Positions 48,801 to 64,000 of a stretch of 64,000 bases of DNA are shown piece after piece (the stretch's first letter is position 1; the number at the start of each line of letters is the position of its first letter). The position numbers and the translations under genes were made by a program. Under the pieces are notes generated by a model that saw only the letters and a program-made list of their open reading frames with translations, was not told the origin of the DNA and made no database searches. The DNA is from Bugula neritina (lineage: Eukaryota; Animalia; Bryozoa): NCBI GenBank assembly GCA_964035545.1, contig OZ037765.1, positions 25,977,504 through 26,041,503 on the forward strand, in the 5' to 3' direction.

Positions 48801-51055
48801 ACTCTCTAAAGCTCGTTCCAACTTGGCATGGCATATAACAGCCCAACGACGCTTCTCTGCAGCTTCAAACTCAGGTTGCAGTGCCAGTGTGTTGTCAAAG
48901 CACTCAATAGACTTGTTATACTCTGTCAGCACCTGACAATACAAACTATGCTGACTTTAATCTGCTTTTTATTCATTTTATACCCAAGTAATACAAATAT
49001 AGACTTCAATGAGATCACTTTGCATGCAAGTATTCAACAATAGTATAGAAATCTTCTCAGAATTCTGTAACATCACGAACTAAGGCGACCTGTTAGGACA
49101 TACCCACCAACAATCAAATATACACATGCGTGTGGTGAAAGCAACTTATTGACTCACAGCGTAGATATTCCCCAGAGTAAAGTGGTTGACATTGAGAGAG
49201 TTAGAGAGATCCAACGCAGCTTCAACAACAATGGCAGCTTCATGAGAATACCTAGATCTGTGTAGTATATTGCCAAGGCTCACGTATGCTATATCTCTGT
49301 ATGAACTATAAAATTAAAGTGCAGCAAAGTCATAGTTTAGGCTCTAACAGATTACAGTGAGTCCATATCTAAACTTTGTGTACACTCCCCACACATTTCA
49401 CTTCTTTGTCATATTGGGACACAAATGGCGCGTGGTTGACTCAAATACTAAGCTATTAGATCATCATAGAACATAAACATTATGTTTTGTAAACACAAAC
49501 CTGGGTGAGTAGTGCATGGCCCGGCGTAGACATTCTATTGCTTCATTTGAATTTCCTTTGATCCTCCAATAGAAAGCTGCCATGTTGTATAAGACCCATG
49601 AAGTTTGATTCTATTAAATTAAAATATATCATTTATAACATGCTTAGCAAAACATTTGCAGATATCAATGATGCTAAATCAAGCAATGTGAACAAACATT
49701 TCACTCAATCTTATTTTCAGTTAAGATAATGTGTAGCTTTTAATCTTCGCATTGAACTGAGAAGAAACTGATAAAGCAATTGATTACTTACACGCTGGAG
49801 AGCTACATTCACAAGATGGCCGTACTCATCTTCATTTTCCTGGTGAGTTATGGCACTCTTGAGACCCAACTCAGGCAAGCCTTGCAAATTCTTTCTGTTC
49901 TGAACGCCCTACAACATAATTTTTAAATTGAATACCATCAATCACTCGAAAATACAATGGCAAAACAGAAGTAGAGAATTCAAAATGCTATTTTTTCAAT
50001 TACAGGTAAAAAAATTATTTAAAGGACAATTAAATGTTCAGTTTGTGAAAGATATACCTCTAAATGCTCAAACGCATGTATACTAAATTCCAAAGGAGAG
50101 TTGCATAAAGGTTGGGTTAAATCAGGAGATGGAGACAGTTTGAGGTCTATATGGTCTTCAGCTCTGAAAGCAATAAAACATGAATGTATGTCAATGCTTT
50201 TACATACAAATTCCAACTACCGTGTAATGCAGCATACCATTAATCTACCACAAAAAAATTATATAAAAGTGTTATAGAAAAATTAATCTTCATGATAAAA
50301 TTTACCCAAAACAACTAATAAATATGAGCATACCGTATCCCCTTGTTTTCAAGAGGAAGTACTGTGCTAATATATAGATCAAACTCTGGCAAACGTTTCA
50401 CAGCTTTGATACAAGACTCTTCTGTTGATAAGAACATTTCTTCAAAACCTTTAATACACACAAGGAACTATACATTTCATTACACCATGTGATCAGAGCT
50501 GACGCATCACATCAAAACTATAAAATCTATGAAAAGTAGAATGAGTATTATATTTATACCAGTAATATTCCATACATATAAAAAGCATGATAAATAAAAA
50601 ATGATTCCTATAAACAAATAATTTGCTTTTATAGTATTTAAAAGCATTTACAAAATCAAGCCTCAAGTTTGAAAATTGTGCAAATGATTCCTACCATCAT
50701 CTTTATCATCAGTGCTATCAACTATAGCTTGATTTTCTACAATGTATGTTTTCAGTTTTTCTAATTTTTCTACTCTCTCTTCTTGGTGCATAAATGCTAC
50801 CAGGTCATAGTGCCTCTTCATACTTAACATTGAGTCAGGCTAAAATAACAAACACATATATTTATCATGCTTAAACAATAATGCAGTAATAATGCTGCTA
50901 GATATTAACAAAAACAAAAGCATTAACAGTTGAGACGAGCTACTTACTTGCTCTTGTAACTTTCCATCTTCTGTTACCATCCAATGTGTCGTCGTGTCAA
51001 CATACGAACTACTCAGAATGCCTCCAACCAGAACAATCAACGAATATTCAAACAT
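39818..51055 (-). CDS. TTC17: Tetratricopeptide repeat protein 17, multi-exon
   Basis: Signal-peptide-like start then TTHWMVTEDGKLQEQ. Three TPR clusters (SWVLYNMAAFYWRIKG; WLLYNLAGLYWRAAGN; SWALGCLGALYWRVQG). C-terminal YQSTLALQEKFEPARERL. Confidence 0.93.
45621..45785. repeat. 33-bp minisatellite x5 spanning a TTC17 splice acceptor
   Basis: tatgttctatatgtaaagacatagcgtattata-type units; the ctatatgt core recurs at 45627, 45660, 45693 and 45726. Confidence 0.9.
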
Positions 51056-51114
51056 CTGAAAAATTCAAACTGTCTTAAGGTTATTACTTGAAGTACACGC
51101 GAAACTGAAAATAT

Positions 51115-51350
51115 GGGCGTTACTATCAGTATGACTATCAGTGTCACTATGAGCATGATTATCATTATCACTATCAGTATGACTATCACCATCACGAAAA
51201 CTAAATTTAAGGTTAAGCTGAAGTTTTGGATACTTTCACTTTGACTTTCAGTTTCACTTTGACTCAGTGTCAGTCTGAGTCTGTCACCAGTCACTCCCAG
51301 CGAGAGCCTGACTTGTATTAGTACTACTACTTCAAGTTTAAGTTTACCGG
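51115..51350. repeat. Degenerate hexamer array (TSASTN) just upstream of the TTC17 ATG
   Basis: tcagta tgacta tcagtg tcacta tgagca tgatta tcatta tcacta... Confidence 0.8.
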
Positions 51351-53592
51351 AGTTTAAATAATAGTTATATTACTAGCATATATTAAGTACATAACTACTA
51401 CATTGTAATATAACCAACACAAACTCAGCATAATGATAATGAATAACAGATTTATTGTATCAGTATCAGTATGAGAAGAAGCCTGAGAAGGTGAAAGTGA
51501 AACGTTACACGATTATACTTATACTAAAGGTAATACTTGGAGCATTTGTAATCAATACATTTTATCCAAGAGATGGTATAGCACTAAAACTACAGCATTA
51601 CCAGGCAACTGAAAAGAAGAAAACCTGTACACCCCGCGAACCAATGTTTATAATGCCGTGAAAAGTAGCAGCTAAGGTTATTAAATCATAGAAAAGATAA
51701 CTCTGCAAGGTCACCATGCACGATTATAATTATAGATTATTATACAGTCGGTTTAAATATAAACAACGTTTGACTTTACACTGATCTAGGTAATTTATCA
51801 CAAATAAAACTATGCACATTAATCAAACCTAAACTACAAAAACATTGCCATCTCTGTGAAATTTTACAAAATAAACTTGGTGCTCAACATTATCTCAAAC
51901 AAGATCCTTTACAATTACAAAATATTAAGCTGACCCAAAGTCCACATATTTCACCAAAAACTTACTAAAATTAATTTATACAAATACTGCTACCAAAGCA
52001 ATTTCGTTTTAAATAATTTATAAAGATATTATACTGTTGTTTTTGTACACCATGTATCTAGTGCACTGTGTAGTTAATTTACAGTGTATACAGATGAATT
52101 AAATGTATACTTGATGTTTTTATTAAAAGCAACGAGCACAAAGACTACAGTGGGGTTCCCTGTTATAAAATATATACTTAGCAGTTTGTAAGCAAACAGA
52201 GACTTGATTTGATAACTTTAAAGTATTTAAAAGCAAAAAGTATGTATAGCAAAAACGATTAATTGCTTGAATATGCAATGCTTTTCAATAAAATCTTATA
52301 TACTAGTACTACAGATTAATTATAAAAAATCCACTTCCTTCCCAGCACAAAATTGTTTATCATGCAATAAAACATTAATTGATTGCAAAACAACCATTAT
52401 TAATTATGAATTTTTAAGAGTAGAAATTAGCAAACATACAAGCTCCTTGCAAAATAAACTGAGACTTTTGTAAGCCCTAAACGTTTGAACTAATTAATTA
52501 TGTTAAATTTAAGAGATTTTGTCTTGACAGACTATCATCAACAAACAGAGAGAAAGCTTTTTAGGAACTTTTTCAACACTAGGAGGCTTTTCACATCTTC
52601 TTTGATATAAAATAGTTTAATGTGGATTGCAAATAAACTTGAATAACCTTCACAGAGTGTAAACTAAAACAGGTTTTTTATCTTTTATTGTTTGCAACTC
52701 ACAAATAATTGAAGAGGTATAGGCTCTTTAAATGCTGGTTTTAGCAGGTAATTGTAGCATGAGAAGTTGTCCATTCTTGAACTAGAGTAACAACACTGCT
52801 AACCCCCATAGAGATTGTATGTCATATTATATGTATATTTTCAAGGTAAGATCAAAACTATGAATTCAGGCTAATTAATGAAAATATGCATATCTGCTAA
52901 CAATAGAAAACATCATTTTCAAATACCAATTTTAACAACATATATTATTAGAACTGCAAGTTTTGCCATATCAATAATGCATGTAACACTGCAATTGAGA
53001 GTTTAGGTTACAAAACTGACATGTTTCAATTAAAGCCTAATAATTTTAGTAAAGTTTCAAATAGTTTATCATTATTGGTAAAATTCATTGGTATAAGTAT
53101 GTTTATTTCAGCTCTAAACTTATTACCAAAGTTGTTTTTGTTCCGTTAACTGGCTCTTGGTAGCTTGAACAAGAATTATGTGGTCGAGATGTTATGGAGT
53201 TGCGTTCTCTTGTATTTTTGTTGCGCAAGGACAAAAATTATGGTGTAAAAATATTAGTAAAACATTTTTTTAAAAAAACTTTTATTTAAAAGATTTTCAG
53301 ACACAGCTTACGTAAGCTGAATGTGGAGTTGTCTTACCAAACTGGCAAATTTGAGAAAATTTTAAACAATTATTTTGCCGTGACCTTTCATTGCGCATGC
53401 CTATTGCATCATTTCACGTGCGACTGGAATCTTCTTACCGTACTTCTGTTCACATTGAACTTCATTGACCGCTGCAAAACGCAGGCAAAGATAAAACAGA
53501 TAATTGCCAGTGCTACACTTGTTGGTTTGATTTGCACGATAGTTAGTAACTTTAAATCATTTTGCTCGGTTAGTTTTTCTTAGATAAACATA

Positions 53593-58861
<5,269 letters not shown>

Positions 58862-59060
58862 TAATCTTACATATTGACTTCAGTTGTTAACAAGAGTTAA
58901 TGTAAATTCAGTAGTATTTATTTACATTACAATTGTGTATAATTAGTGTTGACAGTTTTGGTGTTTATAAATGACTATTGTTAGGCCATTAGGTAAATCC
59001 AATAGCAGAAGTGCAATCTGTGTGTACAGGTGGAAGATTTAGCAGGTTCAGGCACATTCT

Positions 59061-62000
59061 TCAGATCATGTCCAACTGTAAAAATAAACGTAGTCTTGCA
59101 CTTAACTACACTTCTATTTATGTGTGTATGCCAACAGAAAGGTATGTTTCAATAAAATTATGATTATTATTATTAATGTTTGTTGTACAATAGATAATAA
59201 ATTGTTACATACCATGTCATCAGCATCTTCCATGGGTTCTGGCTCTGCTGGAGCACTGACCTCTTCTATCTCACTCAAATATGAATTTTTTTCTGCAGCA
59301 GACAACTCACTATTGGAAGCTTCGTCCTTGTCAATTGGTGTTATCTTCTCTGAAGACCAACACAGCAACAATAATGATACAAATTATGATGATTACAGTA
59401 TGATTGGAATATAACATTTAGCTTTCATAAAATATCATTCATCTATTAAGTCCTGTCTGCATTGTGATGATCCCATGCTAATATGACTTCAATTATCATA
59501 GAAATGAAATGAGCATGCATAGAGACGTTCAGGGACCATTGGACGGTTCTTTTTTTTAAATGTTCTTCAGTCTTAGTGAATACACGAATTTTCATGTACA
59601 AAAAATGCCCGTCTTTCACAGCAATACTTTGGACGACAGGTTTCAACAGCTCTGTATTGTTTACCAAAATATTCAAATGCTGACCCTTAGCATAAACACA
59701 AGTGCATCAAAATATAGATTCCTTGCTAGAGGTGGAAAAAGTGTCGATGAAAGCACTATGTGCAGTTGAATCCTATTTTTGTTAAAATAAAAAAACTTGC
59801 AGCATACAATTAGTACGTGTAGATTAAAATCAGTAAATTTCAGCTTGGCGATGATATAAAACGCTTAGTGGTAGAAAAACTTCAAAATCATATAAGCTAT
59901 GTCGATTCTTCAGAACTAGACTTGATATGGAATATGGCAACCGATTCATTATTGAGCTCCATCACTTTAGTACACTAGTTATATTCACACATTATGTTTT
60001 GTTTTCAATTAAAATGTTATGTCAATAAATTGAAGTGCATTGGACTACATTCTATAAGCTGCTGCTATAGTTTATTGAGAGCGTACCTTCTATGAGCACA
60101 GCCCAAAAATCTTTTGGTCCTTTACTTAACAACAGTGACTTCATTGATGAGAAAAAGTAATTGACAATCTCCAGGAGCTCCTAAAATATGTCAATAATTG
60201 GTCAATTCAGCCACAAAGCTAGACATAGAAGTTACTGATGAAATATTATCACAGGTGCCAGTGACATGTACCTGGTCATTAGATTTCACAGCTGCAGCTC
60301 TCAGCTCCTTTATACACCGCAAAGCCTTCTCATACAGACTGCTACCAACAGTTTCTGTTATAAACTGTAGAACTCGCTCAGTCATTCCTGTGTAAGCTAT
60401 AAATACAGTAGCACTATCGAGTTACCAAACGGAGACAATCTGTTGCCGTCAAATGAATTTGCTATATCTAGTTTAATCAAATTGCAGCGCTCATAGATAC
60501 TTTACCTTTAAGGGCAAGTGTAGGGCTTCTTAACATCTGGTCAAAGTCCCCTACAGGATCAATGGTTCCTATCTGAAAAAATATAAAAAAATTCACACAA
60601 GTTTATAGTCGCCATCCCTAAGAGAAGCCCCAGATAGAAGGTTTTTTTTGTTAAGGCTAAAGACTTATTCAAAGGAGCAATTATGACCAGTTGCTCTTCT
60701 TAACATCACCAATGGTCTTTATCAGGACTCGAACCCATGGATTTGTGCTTACTATGCAAACGTTATTTTTTATTTTCTTAAGCTCATCAAAACTAACAAT
60801 ATTTTACATGAATACAGCAGTTTACAACTAGAATAAAATTATTGATTATACCTCAGTTATCTCATCCTGGTTCAAGTCCCTTAGATTAGTAGAGTCAAAC
60901 CCTGCTCCATCCCCTTTTTCATCTACTTTAGAAGGTGCTACACCACTAAACACACAAATAACCAGAACTGTTCACCAATACTAGATACAATTACTTTGAT
61001 AAAATAACAGCAAACGTTAGATGAAAATGCACAAGTCTATTACCTGTCTTTGTACACATTATCCTTATTCTTCTTTGCCGTTTTGGCAGCAGTTTCCAGA
61101 ATAAACAACTTGGAAAATTCTTCTTGATCTTTGTCAATCCACCGACAGCTATAAGCCGTGCTATTTACAATGTTAGAGATCATTGGTGAGAGTTCAGGAA
61201 TGAGGCAAGTGTCATCAAGAGCTCGGGCAGCTAACACCTATAGAAACAAACATTACAGGAAGTGAAGCTGTTACAGAACTCTGTGGCTCATCTTAGGATG
61301 ATGTAATAATATGAATATATGGCTGTGGGTTTCATTAAATTTTTCAATATGCTATACATACATCAGAATTTATATAATTCTTATGTTATATTTCCAATAA
61401 ATTATCATTTGTGAAGCCCCTGGTTCAAAAGTTTGACATAATAGTTATATAAACCAACAACCTTCCAATATACTGAAGATCTACAGCCAATAAACAACTT
61501 TCAAAGCACATGTTTTTTCATATTGAAAACACATTTACCATTAACAGGCTATATAGCTTTTGGAAAACACTGCTGAGCGCAGAGGATGCAAAAGCATAAC
61601 ATGGTTATGTTATAAATACAGAAAAGTTAGTGATTAGTAAAATATTCAGTAAATAAATTAGATCATTTGAACAAATACATGATACTACCTGTTTCACACG
61701 AAGACCAATATAAATTGTTTCTGTCAATGATGCCAATTGCTATTATCTTGTTATAACCATTCACATAACAACGTCAAATAATTGAAATTTGAATTACAAT
61801 AAGCTTTCCCACCATACTTAATAATGTATACAAATCTAGGTAAAAGTAAAAGATAGCAGCATCTTGTGAATAACACAAATTTGGCCAACTTCTTAAACTA
61901 ATTTTAGTAATTTGTTAAAAGTTTGTAACAGAAGTGGAGTTTAGCAACTTTATGAATAGAGAAAGGTTATAAACTACATGGTACGTACCTGGTAGAGCCG

Positions 62001-64000
62001 TTGCAATGTTGGATTCTTCATCTTACAAGGTACCACAGAATCATCATCTCTAATCAAAATTAAAAAAAAACACATTTACAAACAGAAGAAACTTGTAAAA
62101 CCTACAGTTAACCCAACTCTTGTACCAATAGTCTTGAAATTAGAATTTTACACAATGAGTTAAATAGTTGGACATGATATTCATCATAAGAAAAATCATT
62201 GATTGAACACTTAAAAAGTTAAAACTGCAACTTCAAAGCAAGAAACTAACTCTGGTTGAGCAGACATGTCCATGGCATCAATCAGATTATCGACAGCATC
62301 CAGCTGCTGCTGGGAAGGGGCACTCTTAGAGCTAGTCGAGGGCTCAACAGCAAGAGAGGGAAACTCCAACTCTCTCATATCCTCAATGAATGGTAACTCA
62401 ATAAACACCAAATACTACAAGCAGAAAGTCATTTCACAAGTCATAATACAGTAAATAGTGTCAATAGCCTGAGAAGGCAATAACAAAAGAAGTTGCACGA
62501 GTTGGTCAACCAAAACCTTCAGCCAATAGTTTCATTACACCTAAGTCAATAAGTGAATGAAATAATAAAAAATTAAGTAATTGAGATGCAGATCCATCTA
62601 CCTCAACTTCAGCATCTGTAACAGGTATAAGGGCCCCAATGGTGGGGCTAGAGCGTGCACTGTATACTTTTCTTACTATCCCCACAGTTTCCGTTTCCTT
62701 TAGAGCTGTACACAATGCTGACAAAGCAACAGCAGCTTCCTAGTAACACAATATGTTGCATTAGTCATCTTTTATCAATTACACGAACCAAGGAAATAAG
62801 TGGAATAATGCTTGCTAAATTGCTATAATTTAGAGTCTAAATAATTACGCTGTGCACATGTGTGTTACATTGTACAAATATTGCTGACTATCGTATTTTC
62901 ATCGTCTGAAAGTCCTTGCTAAGCAGAGAGCTACATTTAAATGACTCCATAACTAAATGCTATCATGCTGCGTTTTAACCTTCAAAGTAAAAGTTGGAAT
63001 TTTCTCAGAATACTCATGCTTAGTATTGTGTGTAGCAATACCTCATTATTTTTCTTGGCAGCAATCATCATGGTGTCTTTACCAGCAAAGTAATGCCTCT
63101 TAATATTTGAAGATTTTGTGAACCCGATAACACTGAACTCTCTCACATCACATTTGAACTTCATATTCGCCATATCATCATCAGTAAAAGGAACAAGATC
63201 CGTACCATACCGATATCCTGGAAATATTGGAATCACTAAATTACTTAACTAAACACTACACAAAAAGCCATGTGGTTTTATGGTATTAAATATATTTATA
63301 ATGGCCATTCCAAGTAATAGCAGATAATTGATCTTCTTGATAACTAAAACATGATACATATGCGTATTCACTATAATAAAGATCTTTAAGACGGGTGTTC
63401 AATGTATTCTCAAGTAGAAATCCTTCTTATAGTCTGTAGCATAATATATGTATAAGGATATTGTGTCAGCCTAATTCTAAACATTTTATCAACGAATATG
63501 AGCTGAAAGCAATATATGGGGAATTCCCAATGCTATTCTATTTCCCAAGTTCGAAGTTGCAATTATACAAGTTTAAATACATGCATAAACATAATACCAC
63601 CAAAATTATTGTAACCAACTAATGAATCTATTGAGTTTAAACTTTACATAAGCAATATAACATAACAATAGTAGGTTACCCTTAATAATATCTTCCTTGT
63701 CCACTTCTGTGTTAGTACCATCAGGTAAAAAGGTGTCAAATTTCTTTGTAATATCTTCATCTGGATTTCGAGCCGAGCATTTTTTAAAGGAAGGAAGGGA
63801 TTCCCGAGAAACCTAAAAGTATTATATATTCAAAAGTAAACTACACAGAGACTCTGATAGGGTATTTAACACAAACCATTATGTAAAAATAATAGCAGTA
63901 TATATTTTTGCAATATGTATATATAATTATGTTCATAATAGCTAGCTACCATTTTGTAACCAGAAATGGGAATTCGTAGTTTTTCTCCGATAATCAAGTC
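59061..64000 (-). CDS. XRCC5: Ku80 (NHEJ), multi-exon, 5' end outside window
   Basis: GYRYGTDLVPF, LPFIEDMR, PSQQQLDAVDNLIDAMD, NPTLQRLYQ, IGTIDPVGDF and YEKALRCI. C-terminus EDADDMLDMI* is the DNA-PKcs-binding motif. Confidence 0.95.
60599..60765 (-). mobile_element. tRNA-derived SINE in a Ku80 intron
   Basis: Pol III B-box GGGTTCGAGTCC (60725-60736, - strand) followed by a body shared with the 14694-14842 copy. Confidence 0.72.

Noticed and set aside
51037-51294. ORF with a long Ile/Val stretch resembling a membrane protein
   Set aside because: It is the translation of the hexamer-periodic array.

Overview
AT-rich, intron-containing genomic DNA from a compact-genome invertebrate animal; the species cannot be determined from sequence alone. 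Eight host genes alternate strands strictly: FHOD-type formin (+, 5'-partial), TFIIS/TCEA (-), MRPL54 (+), PEX11 (-), WDR93 (+), TTC17 (-), mitochondrial HSP70/HSPA9 (+) and Ku80/XRCC5 (-, 5'-partial). Two LTR retrotransposons sit between PEX11 and WDR93. The first is a young full-length Ty3/Gypsy element (20029-27477) with identical 306-bp LTRs, a CTAT TSD and a tRNA-Leu PBS. It has a -1 frameshift cassette, an apparently decayed Gag zinc knuckle, and a third ORF that is not env but an acidic/C2H2-zinc-finger/coiled-coil protein. The second is a non-autonomous Copia derivative (28033-30589) with a CATCG TSD and a half-tRNAiMet PBS; its interior is minisatellites plus pol relics. Other observations: an inverted copy of PEX11 exon 2 in the predicted PEX11 3' UTR, a candidate 6-nt acidic microexon in the formin FH2 domain, 33-nt tandem decoy splice acceptors in TTC17, a candidate intronic C/D snoRNA in HSPA9, a LINE 3' fragment, two copies of a tRNA-derived SINE, and degenerate hexamer arrays near gene 5' ends. 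All alignments were done by eye and no database searches were run.
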